From Escherichia phage vB_EcoS-CHD2B1, in the sequence record MZ234026.1: a DNA stretch of 45,144 nt, one strand, 5' to 3'. The position numbers and the translations under genes are program-made. Shown piece by piece: positions 25,821 to 35,225 of the stretch. The notes under the pieces were generated by a model, which was not told where the DNA came from, did no database searches, and saw nothing but the letters and a program-made list of their open reading frames with translations. How positions within the stretch are numbered: position 1 is the stretch's first letter; every line of letters begins with the position of its first letter.

Positions 25821-28466
25821 TCATCGTTTGTAAAGTACTCCACCCGGTTTCGTCGCTTTCACGATCTCAGCCTTGACCGACTCGGTGATTTGCTTTCCGA
25901 ACGCCTGCGCGGTGCGTGGGTCCGGTCCGCTCACACTGGTGTCCGTTTTACCGGTCCCCATGTTCACGTTGGTCGTTACAATCATCCCACCCCCACCAGC
26001 ACCGGCAGCGGCAACGCCCAGTTTCCCGTCCGGCCCGCGCTTCAGTGGCATGATGGCCTCGGGTCCGGCCTCACCCATCAATCCAGCGCCCTTAGCGAAC
26101 GCCTGAACGCCATAACTGAAAAAGGTAGGCTGGCTTACCACTTGCCCGGAATAGGCCGCTAGATTGCCTCCTGCGTACGCTCCGCCGTCTGCGTTCTTAG
26201 TGAGGCCCGAGAAGATAGCGCCGAACAATCCGTTTTTGCCGCCGTCACCGCCGAAAGCGCTAACGATGGATTTGAACGCCTGCGAGGTAGCCAGCTTGAT
26301 TAATTCGCTCAGGATGGACTTAACCATATCCTTCGCGCTCAGCTTGCCCGTCTCGAAAAACTTGTTCATCGTGTCCTGCATAGCGCCGAACGTGAATTTT
26401 GTGAGTGACGTCATCTGCGTGTAGCCGTTACCCATTTCATCCACGCTATCCTTAAGCCCGCGGCCGAAGCCATCCCACAACGAGGCGTTAGCACCGGTCT
26501 GTGCTTCCTGCACTTCGCGCAGCTTAGACACCGCGTTGTCAATATCAGTATCGTTAGCGCCGACACGCTGAAGGCGGTCAATTAGCTGTAATTCTTCGCG
26601 CAGGTTAGCCGCTTCGCGAGTGGAAAGCGCATAGCCCGCAGCGGTGGCCCTTAGCTCAGCGTTCTGGTTCTTGATGAATGCCTCGACCTGGGCGTGTGCC
26701 TTGATCTGCTTCTCTTTCGCGTCCAGCAATTTGGCTTCTTCGACGATCTGCTCGCGTACCGCTTTAACCGCCTCGAACTCCGCCATTTGCTGCTTTTCTG
26801 CTGCCGTTAGAGTGCGCTCCTTGCTTGCGGCGACCATCTGCTCATTATCCGCCACCAGCTTATTCAACGCGGCCTGTGCGCGCTGCGTGCGGGTCTGCGT
26901 TGTTGCATTGGCCTCGATCTGCTTGCCGGACTCCTTAAGCTGTGCCAGTTCGCTCCGTGCGACCTCCAGCATTTTGACACCGGCATCCACGCGAATAGCC
27001 GCCGCCTTCTTCGGTGCGGGGTCTTTGTAGCGCTCGTTGACCTGCTTCACCGCCTCGGCTAGTTCTTTCTCGTTAATCACACCGCGCTTATTCAGCAAAT
27101 TGAGGCGGGCGATCTCGTCGGCGCGCTTCTGCGCGTTGGTGGCAAATTCCTTCTCGAACGCGGCGCGGTCGCGGGCGGTGCGGTTGGCCTCCTCGTTCGC
27201 CTTCGCTGATTTGTCCGCGGCGCTGGCGTTGTCGCGCTCAGCACGGTTGCGCAGGGTGAGTGACGCTACGACCTTCTCCTGGGCGACCAGTTCGCTATAA
27301 AGCATGTTAATTCGTGCTTTCTGCGCCTCGGTCATTACCCCACCGGCAGCGTTTACCGCTTTCATCTCGGCATAGTAAGCCGTTGTCATGCGCTGCAAGG
27401 ACTCACGCGCTTTCATCTCGGACTCATTCGAGGACTGCGCGCGGCCCACATCCAGGATGGCATCCCACATAGATTTAGCTGCCGATGTGACGACGTTCAT
27501 CGATCGCTCAAGCGTACCCATGTTGGACTTGATCTCGTTGGTCATGCTGGTGAACGACGCCGCGGCTGTTTTGTTAGCCAACGCCACCGCTTCAGTTTCG
27601 CGACCCGTCGTAACCAGTGACTGCACCTGCTGGATCTGCGCCTCGGTAACGACGTGATACTTGTCTGCCAGTGCGCGCAAGCCGCCCACCGGGTCGTTGG
27701 ACAATTTGGAGATGGACTCCACCACGTCAGCGATCGGCTGATTAGACACCTTCGCGAAGTCGTTCACCACTTTCGCCAGCGCGCCAAAGTCAGCACCGGC
27801 TTTCACACCTGCCGCCGCCAGCGCCTGAATTGTGTCACGCGTCTTGCTGAATGATCCGCCCATGCGTTCGGCGTTCTCCGACAGCACCAGGATCTGGTTA
27901 GCGGTGAGGCCAGAGATATTACCGGATAGCGCCAGCGTCTTATTCAGCGCCGCTACCTGGTTTTCGGCACGGGACGTAATCGCCACGCCTACGCCTAACG
28001 TCGCCGTTACCGCAGCAAGGCCGATCCCTACCGGACCGAGAAAGCCAGCAACATAACGCAGCGTATTACCCAGCCCACCGAATGCCCCGGTTAACTGCGG
28101 TAACTGCTGAATCATGACGCGGTGCACCGGCATACCCATCTCTAGCGTGACCGCAATATCCTGTAACTGAAATGCGGCGTTACGTGAGGCAAAGCCCAGG
28201 TTTTTAGTCGACATGCCTAAGCGGTTGGCAAGTCGCTCCTGCTTCGTCATGCCATCTGCGGCGCGCTGCGATTCAGTTGCCAGCTTCCCCATTCCGCCCG
28301 CGGCGTCACCCGTCACCTTTTTCGTGTTGCCGAGTGTGTCGTTTAATTTCTTAACCTTGTTTTCGGTGTTCTCGGACTTCTGCGCGAATGAGTCCAGCAC
28401 CGTATTCGCCGTTCTGATTTGTGCAACATCCGCCTTTAGCGTGATGCCTGCTGCTTGATCTGCCAT
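25821..28466 (-). CDS. Tail tape measure protein
   Basis: 881 aa from ATG 28466 (AAGGGG RBS); long Ala/Gln-rich coiled-coil; position. Confidence 0.85.
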   Translation of the reverse strand: MADQAAGITLKADVAQIRTANTVLDSFAQKSENTENKVKKLNDTLGNTKKVTGDAAGGMGKLATESQRAADGMTKQERLANRLGMSTKNLGFASRNAAFQLQDIAVTLEMGMPVHRVMIQQLPQLTGAFGGLGNTLRYVAGFLGPVGIGLAAVTATLGVGVAITSRAENQVAALNKTLALSGNISGLTANQILVLSENAERMGGSFSKTRDTIQALAAAGVKAGADFGALAKVVNDFAKVSNQPIADVVESISKLSNDPVGGLRALADKYHVVTEAQIQQVQSLVTTGRETEAVALANKTAAASFTSMTNEIKSNMGTLERSMNVVTSAAKSMWDAILDVGRAQSSNESEMKARESLQRMTTAYYAEMKAVNAAGGVMTEAQKARINMLYSELVAQEKVVASLTLRNRAERDNASAADKSAKANEEANRTARDRAAFEKEFATNAQKRADEIARLNLLNKRGVINEKELAEAVKQVNERYKDPAPKKAAAIRVDAGVKMLEVARSELAQLKESGKQIEANATTQTRTQRAQAALNKLVADNEQMVAASKERTLTAAEKQQMAEFEAVKAVREQIVEEAKLLDAKEKQIKAHAQVEAFIKNQNAELRATAAGYALSTREAANLREELQLIDRLQRVGANDTDIDNAVSKLREVQEAQTGANASLWDGFGRGLKDSVDEMGNGYTQMTSLTKFTFGAMQDTMNKFFETGKLSAKDMVKSILSELIKLATSQAFKSIVSAFGGDGGKNGLFGAIFSGLTKNADGGAYAGGNLAAYSGQVVSQPTFFSYGVQAFAKGAGLMGEAGPEAIMPLKRGPDGKLGVAAAGAGGGGMIVTTNVNMGTGKTDTSVSGPDPRTAQAFGKQITESVKAEIVKATKPGGVLYKR

Positions 28467-28535
28467 TATGCAGTCCCCTTTTTTTATGCAGTTGCCGATT
28501 GACATTGTATCAGCGAATTTCAAACAAACCTTATT

Positions 28536-28850
28536 CAGTCTCAGACGAGGGGGGCCATTGACCCCCGTCTAGTCTGAAAGACTGGGAGTTGTCCCGCCTG
28601 TCCCGATCGGCTGAAACCCGCGGCAGCACTGACGGGGACGGGGTGCTGTCCCGCTTTGTCCCGCCCCATGTTTGTCCCGCTTTCTGTCCCGTTTGTTTTA
28701 TGCACGAAATCTGAATAGGTATGCACATTTAGGGGCTGGACGGATCGGGACGTCCCGCTCGTCCCGCTTTGAGTTTATGCAATGAAAGTGAGTAAGTATG
28801 CAGTTTTGCAAAACGGGACAAAGCGGGACGTCCCGTTTTGTCCCGCTTCA
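28536..28850. repeat. Iteron element copy B (extended): same hairpins and GTCCCGC repeats as copy A, plus extra CGGGACGTCCCG palindromes and TATGCACA motifs
   Basis: 28536..28704 aligns with 344..513; extra iterons 28740..28850; lies between the GT chaperone stop (28851) and tape measure start (28466). Confidence 0.8.
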
Positions 28851-29527
28851 TTATGCGGGGTTTTGTTGCGCCATTTCGTCAAGCGCGATTCGCTCCATTA
28901 GCTTTATATCTTTAAATGCACGTTGCTCGTTTTCGATGCCGTGCATCTTAAATAGCCATTCCAGCACGCCGTAGTCGATGCCGTATGCGCCACCGAATCC
29001 GGTGCGCCATTGCGTGGAGCAATCTGTGAAGACTGCGACTATCTTCGCGTTGTCGGGCCATAGCGCAACAGGTGGACAAACATCCTCGGGGGCCGCGCCC
29101 CATAAACTAGCGGCTAAATCTTCGGAGGGTGGCGGCGGGCCATAAAAGCGTCGCGCCGCCTCAATCAGTTTTTTTCACGCAATCCCATCAATTCGAGATA
29201 GTACGAGGTGTGGAACACGCCGAACGCGCGCGGGTAGTTGACCACCAGGCGGCGGACGTTCTCAGCGTTAAATTGGTCTGGCAGATTCCAGCCTTCAGCG
29301 ACGTGCATGATGGCCGCAACCATAACGTTAAAGCCGTCCGGGTCATTGTCGTCATATTCCGACAGCTTGCGCTCGGTGTCCTGCATGGTCTGCGAAAACT
29401 CGTCGATCGGGCGGTGGCGGACGGTAAAGGTCATCTTGCCCGGCTCGTTCTCACCAGGGCGCGGGATCTCAATCGGCAGCTTAAAGGTCGGCTTAGGGTC
29501 AAGTGTAAAGAGTGGTGCTTTAGCCAT
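28851..29527 (-). CDS. Tail assembly chaperone G/GT fusion made by programmed -1 ribosomal frameshift (slippery A AAA AAC at 29168..29174)
   Basis: -1 frame is open for ~105 codons from the slippery site to TAA at 28851..28853, checked codon by codon. Confidence 0.7.
29165..29527 (-). CDS. Tail assembly chaperone (lambda G-like), zero-frame product
   Basis: 120 aa; ATG 29527 with GGAGAA RBS; ends GLREKN-stop with slippery GAAAAAAAC. Confidence 0.75.
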   Translation of the reverse strand: MAKAPLFTLDPKPTFKLPIEIPRPGENEPGKMTFTVRHRPIDEFSQTMQDTERKLSEYDDNDPDGFNVMVAAIMHVAEGWNLPDQFNAENVRRLVVNYPRAFGVFHTSYYLELMGLREKN

Positions 29528-29541
29528 TGTAATATTCTCCA

Positions 29542-29568
29542 ATAAAAAAGGGGCCGTGCTGGCCCCAT
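29542..29568 (-). terminator. Hairpin terminator after major tail gene (GGGGCC ... GGCCCC plus T-run on minus strand)
   Basis: aaaaaaggggccgtgctggcccc; same hairpin family as 16238 and 19576. Confidence 0.55.
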
Positions 29569-29596
29569 ATTAACACTCGCTATTTAAGCGACCAAA

Positions 29597-30322
29597 TCAG
29601 GCAAGTGCCTCGACCAGTTGCTTGTTGTAGATAACCATATCTGATTGCATGGTCAGAGTGGATTGTACCGTTTCCACGTTGTTTACTTCAGCGGACGGAA
29701 TCTTCTGGAAAGATACCTTAGCCGGGTAAATACGAATTTCACCTTTCCCGCTTGCTGCCGCTGGGTTAGTGAACTTAATCACTGTGGTTTTCTGTGTGTC
29801 GTCCAGGTCTTCCAGGATTGGGCGGATCGGGTCTTCTTCGTCGTGGGTGAAGGTGTAAGTCTGGACCAACGGGTTTTTCGTGGTGTTCAGGCTGATCGCG
29901 GTGTTAACCTGCAACGGCTGGAAGGTAGTCGTCTGCTGGTCGCCACCCGACACGGCAACGTTGGTGATAAACGGGAAGTCGATAAAGCTCGACACCTTCA
30001 CCACTTCACCCGGAGTGCCTACTGCAAAAGCACCGGTAGGATATTTGGTGACGTCCGAGGAGTCGAAGCGCGCCAGCGTCACATCGTTGGTAGACACTGC
30101 GCCAACGATAAACGCGCGGTTTAGCGCACGGACCCACGGGGTTTTAGTGAACATAACCACATCACCAACAACCAGACCATGAGATTCCGCGCAGGTAATA
30201 ACGCAACCGGTAGCGAGGTCAGAGATCGACGCGGTGGCGTTGGTAGCTGCCGTAACAGCGATGCCGTCGCCCAGTACGGACCCAATCTGGACGCTAGACC
30301 CGTTAGGAAGTTGATAACCCAT
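29597..30322 (-). CDS. Major tail (tube) protein
   Basis: 241 aa; strong AGGAG RBS; immediately upstream of G/GT; followed by terminator. Confidence 0.65.
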   Translation of the reverse strand: MGYQLPNGSSVQIGSVLGDGIAVTAATNATASISDLATGCVITCAESHGLVVGDVVMFTKTPWVRALNRAFIVGAVSTNDVTLARFDSSDVTKYPTGAFAVGTPGEVVKVSSFIDFPFITNVAVSGGDQQTTTFQPLQVNTAISLNTTKNPLVQTYTFTHDEEDPIRPILEDLDDTQKTTVIKFTNPAAASGKGEIRIYPAKVSFQKIPSAEVNNVETVQSTLTMQSDMVIYNKQLVEALA

Positions 30323-30383
30323 AATGAAAGCTCCTGTTTAGATATACGGATTAATGATACAGCACGCGCAGAATTGCGCCAAA

Positions 30384-30806
30384 TCAGGCGCAACAGTTAT
30401 ACAGGACCGATACCACGATGCGGGCGCGGTCGATATCTTCAATCACCGAACTGGTGTAGGGCGCGTCCTGAAGCTGGAAGGTAGCGCCGGTAATCTTGAC
30501 GCCCTGCCATTTGTCTGACGTCGCGATGGCGTCCGCCAGTTCGCTCGCATACTGTGTGCCAGTGCCCGCGGGGAACACTACGGCAACCTGATACACGCCT
30601 GCGTAGATCCGGCCCTTCTGCTGAATGCCAACAAACTGGGTCGGTGCCGGAAGCAAGTACGGCTCCAGGTACACGCCATTGCCGATAGCGTGGTCGCCCT
30701 TCACGTTCTCCCAGTTAACCTTGATCGGGCGCTGGTTAGTGCTCAGGCTTACCGATAATTCTTCAACTACGCTGTTAAGCGCCTTGCGGATTAGAGTATT
30801 GCTCAT
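30384..30806 (-). CDS. Tail terminator / tail completion protein (U-like position)
   Basis: 140 aa; position between neck proteins and major tail. Confidence 0.5.
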   Translation of the reverse strand: MSNTLIRKALNSVVEELSVSLSTNQRPIKVNWENVKGDHAIGNGVYLEPYLLPAPTQFVGIQQKGRIYAGVYQVAVVFPAGTGTQYASELADAIATSDKWQGVKITGATFQLQDAPYTSSVIEDIDRARIVVSVLYNCCA

Positions 30807-31399
30807 TATTTCACCTTCGAATTGATTTCTGCCGCTACGACGCGAACAATCCCCGCGGGCGCTTGTTTACTCCAGCCATACTCAAGCCGCTGCGCATACG
30901 GCACATTGTTAGTAAACCAGATCGACCCATATTCGCCAGAATCATAATGCGCCAGCACATCACGCCCTGCGGCTAATGTTGCCGTTCCGGCCTTGTCCAC
31001 TCGGTCAACAGCGCCAACAGCCGGACGGTCGAAAGACACCTGCCAGTTTCCCCGGAAGCGCCCGCCGGTGTAATTCTTCGCGGCCCAGCCACGCTGGCGG
31101 AACGTGACGTTGCCGTTTTTAGTCTTGAACGATACGAGCACACTGGCGTGCTTCTTCTGCCCGCGCTTCAGTTTGCCGCCATTCTTGCGCCGCTGTGCGG
31201 CGTTCACCTTGTTCGCGTGCTGGCGGGCCATCGCGTAAGCCTTGTTAATCTTCCACCGGCGGGGGTCGCCCACCGGGGAGATCTCAATCAGGCGTCCGAG
31301 TATTTGCATACCGGTCGCCCGCACCGCCTTGTCGTTGTTCTCCTTCGTCTTATCTACCCATGTTGCAATGGTAGCGGCGAACGAGTAGACCTCAGCCAC
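30806..31399 (-). CDS. Head-tail joining / tail completion protein (Z-like / HK97 gp10-like position)
   Basis: 197 aa; GTG start overlapping upstream stop, AAGGGG RBS. Confidence 0.5.
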   Translation of the reverse strand: MAEVYSFAATIATWVDKTKENNDKAVRATGMQILGRLIEISPVGDPRRWKINKAYAMARQHANKVNAAQRRKNGGKLKRGQKKHASVLVSFKTKNGNVTFRQRGWAAKNYTGGRFRGNWQVSFDRPAVGAVDRVDKAGTATLAAGRDVLAHYDSGEYGSIWFTNNVPYAQRLEYGWSKQAPAGIVRVVAAEINSKVK

Positions 31400-31400
31400 G

Positions 31401-31754
31401 TTAGCCCCTTAGCTGTAATTGAAACAGCATGGTCGTGCCCGCCGGTTGCAGGGGGTTAGTATTAACGACCCGGTAGTCTGTGTTATTCAGGTTAACCAGA
31501 TCGCCTACCTGCAATTGCTCCACCGCCTGGCATAAGAATTTAACATCACCGGCAATGACCCGGGTACCGTCGATCTCGCGTGGCTTGTACTCCTCACGCA
31601 GTCCGATGATATCAAACGAGGTCGGCGGGATTACCACTTCGTCGCCGTTAACGCGGTCAACAGATCCGGGACGCGTCACGGTAACTGTCATGCCGAATTT
31701 TTTAATCAGCGGATTAACTTTCCGCTTTAAGCCCGCGTAGTCAAAGCCCGCCAT
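31401..31754 (-). CDS. Head closure / head-tail adaptor protein
   Basis: 117 aa from ATG 31754 with GGAGGAAG RBS; ORF track extends to an upstream TTG. Confidence 0.5.
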   Translation of the reverse strand: MAGFDYAGLKRKVNPLIKKFGMTVTVTRPGSVDRVNGDEVVIPPTSFDIIGLREEYKPREIDGTRVIAGDVKFLCQAVEQLQVGDLVNLNNTDYRVVNTNPLQPAGTTMLFQLQLRG

Positions 31755-31855
31755 CGTCTTCCTCCCGCGCCGGTGCTTCCGGCGGTACTGGTTCTTCCTC
31801 TTTCTCTTTCGTCGCCAGCGCTGCCAGCAACGCTGCAATAACAGCCGGATTCATA

Positions 31856-32356
31856 TTAGCCCCTGTATACGTCAAAGTTACCTGAAGCGTTGCCGTCTAC
31901 GTTCACCCAGTAGCCCAGCAAGCCATCCCACCACGGGAACGCCACGTATCCGCCGATTGTAGCGGGGTCATACTCCATCGTGATTGGGCCAACCGTTTCG
32001 CGGATAGTCTCTTTGCCACCGCCGATCGGAGAAATATCAATATCGTCCGCCACCAACAGCGCCAGCCGGTAAACGGCTTGCTCAACGGCAACAGGGATTG
32101 ATGCGAAGTCTACGATTTGCCCGGCAGGCACTACCGCCACAACTTCAGTGAGCGTGTCTCGCACCGGCTTACCGTCTGACGGGTAATTAATGCGGGGCCA
32201 TGCGTCGATTCCGGTCTGGTCGGCTTGTTCGCCGATCCAGTTGAGGCCGTTGAGGAAGTCATTAACGATGGTAAGGTGTCGCGTTGCATCGCCCAGCGTA
32301 ATTTCAACGCCACGCGCTGCGGCATAATCAGTAAAGGTTTGCGGGTCGCCATACAT
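31856..32356 (-). CDS. Head-tail connector protein (gp6-like position)
   Basis: 167 aa from ATG 32356 with AGGAG RBS; first gene after capsid terminator. Confidence 0.5.
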   Translation of the reverse strand: MYGDPQTFTDYAAARGVEITLGDATRHLTIVNDFLNGLNWIGEQADQTGIDAWPRINYPSDGKPVRDTLTEVVAVVPAGQIVDFASIPVAVEQAVYRLALLVADDIDISPIGGGKETIRETVGPITMEYDPATIGGYVAFPWWDGLLGYWVNVDGNASGNFDVYRG

Positions 32357-32371
32357 TTTATTCGCTCCTAT

Positions 32372-32397
32372 AAAAAAGGCGGGCATAAGCCCGCCCC
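32372..32397 (-). terminator. Rho-independent terminator downstream of major capsid gene (GGCGGGC ataa GCCCGCC plus T-run)
   Basis: Typical attenuating terminator after a highly expressed capsid gene. Confidence 0.65.
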
Positions 32398-32414
32398 TTT
32401 GGGATGTGCGCCGA

Positions 32415-33509
32415 TTAAGACGCGCTGGTCGCGGTCAGCGTAACCAGTACGCCAGCCGTTTCCTTGATGTTACGGGTCGGCACGGCCTGTGCGGTCTGCG
32501 CCTTACGACGGCCTTTAGTATCGCTTTCGCCGCCAACGTCCTGGACGGTTGCCGGAGCGTTGTCTACCTGGCCCTGATCCAGTTCCCAGTTGTCCTTAGT
32601 GGTGATATCACCCAGGGCAAAAGAGCGGACGCCTTCGATCGGGGTACGAGCGGACGCCTTCAGACGGTAGCCTTTAACAGCCACGTTGAAGTCGAACTCA
32701 CCCTGCCACCAGCGCTCGATGTTCTCGTTACCGCCTTTTTCCTGCGCCAGCATATCGAGGCCGTTGGTGGTAACTGCAACCGCGCCAGGGACCAGACCCA
32801 GCATTTTGCCAGCGCCCATAGCATCGGCAGCGGCATCGGAGATAATGAAACGACGGCCCAGGCCATCACCCATTACTTGCAGATCGCCGATAGCGAATAC
32901 CTGCTCCGCAGAAGGCAGTGCCTGATAGGCAATGAAGTTAGCCCAGGTAACGCCGTCCATAAACCAGGACTTAATCAAAGACGCCTGATCGCCGAACTTA
33001 GAAGCCGCCAGCGGGAAGTCTGCCAGGGTCGGGAAGGTACGACCGCCAACGCCATCAACGCGCGCCGGTTGGGTGTATGCTGCCGCTGCGTTGCTCTCGA
33101 TCGCCGCTTTACTTGCGCCGATACCTGCTTTCAGGTAATGCAGCATAATCGCTTGAGTAGCCTGTGCCGCAATCTCAGCCGCAACGCTGTTAACGTTGGT
33201 TTCGATCTTAGCCATCATAGCCTTGGTGATTGCTACCGGACCCACTTTCGCGGAGAGGTTAACCGAGTTGGTCAGCATACGCGCCAGCACTTTAGCGGTC
33301 GCCGGAGTACCGACAGGGGCGTAGGCGTTACGGTCAGTAACGAGGTTGGCGATCAAGCCTACGGACATTTTTTCTACAACGTCCTTCAGCACTTCACCTG
33401 TACCGAGAACAACAGCGCCGTTAGCGGCAGCGTTGAACACGTTCAGGTTGTCGGGGATCATTTGCGTAACCGCGGTAACGAGTTTACGCTGGAACACTGT
33501 TAAAGACAT
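32415..33509 (-). CDS. Major capsid protein
   Basis: 364 aa; Ala/Gly/Val-rich; AAGGA RBS; preceded by scaffold gene and followed by terminator. Confidence 0.7.
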   Translation of the reverse strand: MSLTVFQRKLVTAVTQMIPDNLNVFNAAANGAVVLGTGEVLKDVVEKMSVGLIANLVTDRNAYAPVGTPATAKVLARMLTNSVNLSAKVGPVAITKAMMAKIETNVNSVAAEIAAQATQAIMLHYLKAGIGASKAAIESNAAAAYTQPARVDGVGGRTFPTLADFPLAASKFGDQASLIKSWFMDGVTWANFIAYQALPSAEQVFAIGDLQVMGDGLGRRFIISDAAADAMGAGKMLGLVPGAVAVTTNGLDMLAQEKGGNENIERWWQGEFDFNVAVKGYRLKASARTPIEGVRSFALGDITTKDNWELDQGQVDNAPATVQDVGGESDTKGRRKAQTAQAVPTRNIKETAGVLVTLTATSAS

Positions 33510-33606
33510 ATCGAAATCCTTTGAGTTGTGAGCATTCGCCCAGTGACGTTAATGTTACCTTAGATTTACGCGCTCGCAAAATCGCCCGCTTTCGCGGGCG
33601 ATCTGC

Positions 33607-34311
33607 TTACTCGTCGTCGCCCATCTTAGCGATGATATCCCCTGCCTGTTTCGTCAGGTCGGTGATACCGAAGCTATGGCCCATCGTGATTTTAGACTTC
33701 GCATCTTCGATAACCTGTGTCGGTTTGCTCGGTGCGCCACCGGCTGGCGTGCCAGCCAGGACGGATGCAAAATCGGCGTTATTACGGAACTCTTTTTCAA
33801 GCTCGTCCATAGTCAGAGCGGACGGTTTGCCATCCTGCAAGACGCGCACTTTCAAGCTGCCGTCTTCGCCGTCTTCCAGCGCGAGGCGCTCCATTACGTG
33901 GCGTTGCATGATGCCAGCATTCTTACCGAACAGCTTCGAGGCCAGGTCTTTGGCAGCGCTGCCGATTGTAAGGTCATGGATCTGTTTGCGATAGGATTCG
34001 ATTTTCCCCGATGTGTCTGCTTCGTGTTTTGCAAACTTATCCTTCCAGGACTTATCGATCGCTTCGAGGTCGCCATTTTTGCGCGCGGCGGCTTCCTCTT
34101 TCTCTTTCGCAAGGCGCTCGGCTTCGGCGCGGCGTTCAGCTTCTGCTTTCTTCTCGCTCACCAGCTTTGCGTTGTTGTCTTTCAGACCCTTGATTTCCGC
34201 CTGTACTTCGTCAGCGGACATAAATGTTGATTTATACCCGTCGCCATCGGCAACAAAGAGCGCCTTCATACTTTCCGGCAACGCGTCATATTCTGCTTTA
34301 GTAAGTTTCAT
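33607..34311 (-). CDS. Scaffolding protein
   Basis: 234 aa from ATG 34311 (GGGGGA RBS); charged coiled-coil KKAEAERRAEAERLAKEKEE; directly upstream of capsid gene. Confidence 0.6.
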   Translation of the reverse strand: MKLTKAEYDALPESMKALFVADGDGYKSTFMSADEVQAEIKGLKDNNAKLVSEKKAEAERRAEAERLAKEKEEAAARKNGDLEAIDKSWKDKFAKHEADTSGKIESYRKQIHDLTIGSAAKDLASKLFGKNAGIMQRHVMERLALEDGEDGSLKVRVLQDGKPSALTMDELEKEFRNNADFASVLAGTPAGGAPSKPTQVIEDAKSKITMGHSFGITDLTKQAGDIIAKMGDDE

Positions 34312-34401
34312 GCTATCCCCCTGGGATTGTGGCAGAGCGGGCCACCCGCTCGACTTCACGCCTCTAATATTATCAGCGATAAAAATAATCGCAAAATTCG
34401 C

Positions 34402-34431
34402 TTGCAATTCAGGTATTGGTTGCACTATATT
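34402..34431 (+). promoter_or_regulatory. Sigma70-like promoter TTGCAA-N18-TATATT with two TTGGTTGCAC motifs
   Basis: Motifs at 34417..34426 and 34431..34440; upstream of plus-strand gene 34461. Confidence 0.5.
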
Positions 34432-34460
34432 GGTTGCACACCAACAATGAGGACACACAA

Positions 34461-35225
34461 ATGAGACTGACAAAAGACATTAAAAACCAGATTCTGGCTA
34501 ACATTCTGCGCGACCACGAAATCGCGACTGAAGCCAAAAAAATCATGATGGACTCTCGCGACCTGGCGTATGACATTACGTTGCACTGTATGCCAAAAGG
34601 CATTCACACGTTCGCCGAGCTACGCGCATATATCGCAGAAATCCGCGATAACCAGTCGCAGATGTACGGCGTCAGCGTTTACACCGATAAAGCGTCGTAC
34701 AGCTATAACAAGGACCGGACGAAAGGCATTGGACGCGTTTACTGCTCCACTTTCGAAATCAACGCAGGCGGTAACATCCGTACCCTGCATATGAGCGGCG
34801 ACGGATACCGCTACCGCCAGCACCGCGGATACTGGGAAGAGAAATATATGAATACGCTCGCGCCGGATCTCAGCGATATAGTACCGGGGTACGAGGAAGT
34901 TATGCTCGCGTCAGTGTGTGAAGTGGACGAGAACGGGGCCGCGCTGCCGATATATCTCCCGCGCGGTCGCGTAGACTACCCGGCAGATCATGATTTCTGC
35001 AAGCGCCTGGACCGCAACGACAAGGCCCGCCGTGAATTGCGTGCGAAGTATGACGCGTTCAAACTAACTGTTACCGGCGTGCTGGATATGCACAATACTG
35101 ACAAGAAGCTGATCGCGGCGTGGCCTGAAGTTGAACAGTTCATTCCATACCCGGACAAGCCGAAGTCAACGGCAGTAGCGCTGGACGTGAAGACGTTAAA
35201 CGAGATTTGCGGTATTCCGCGCTAA
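34461..35225 (+). CDS. Hypothetical 254-aa protein encoded as a plus-strand moron inside the structural module
   Basis: ATG with GAGGA RBS; own promoter and terminator; no recognisable domain by eye. Confidence 0.6.
   Translation: MRLTKDIKNQILANILRDHEIATEAKKIMMDSRDLAYDITLHCMPKGIHTFAELRAYIAEIRDNQSQMYGVSVYTDKASYSYNKDRTKGIGRVYCSTFEINAGGNIRTLHMSGDGYRYRQHRGYWEEKYMNTLAPDLSDIVPGYEEVMLASVCEVDENGAALPIYLPRGRVDYPADHDFCKRLDRNDKARRELRAKYDAFKLTVTGVLDMHNTDKKLIAAWPEVEQFIPYPDKPKSTAVALDVKTLNEICGIPR

Noticed and set aside
25873-28458. Multiple plus-strand ORFs inside the tape measure gene and 29129..29545 (+) inside the G gene
   Set aside because: Antisense to strongly supported structural genes, low-complexity Ala/Ser-rich translations, no RBS.
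28531-28728. 61-65-aa minus-strand ORFs inside iteron element copy B
   Set aside because: Same reasoning as for copy A: repeat-derived low-complexity translation, no start context.
28536-28850. Possible CRISPR array (short direct repeats)
   Set aside because: Repeat unit is only 7-8 bp with irregular short spacing and inverted copies; no cas genes; inconsistent with CRISPR architecture.
32406-33503. 365-aa plus-strand ORF antisense to the major capsid gene
   Set aside because: Arg/Cys-rich composition typical of antisense translation; the minus-strand ORF has an RBS, capsid-like composition, and correct synteny with scaffold and terminator.
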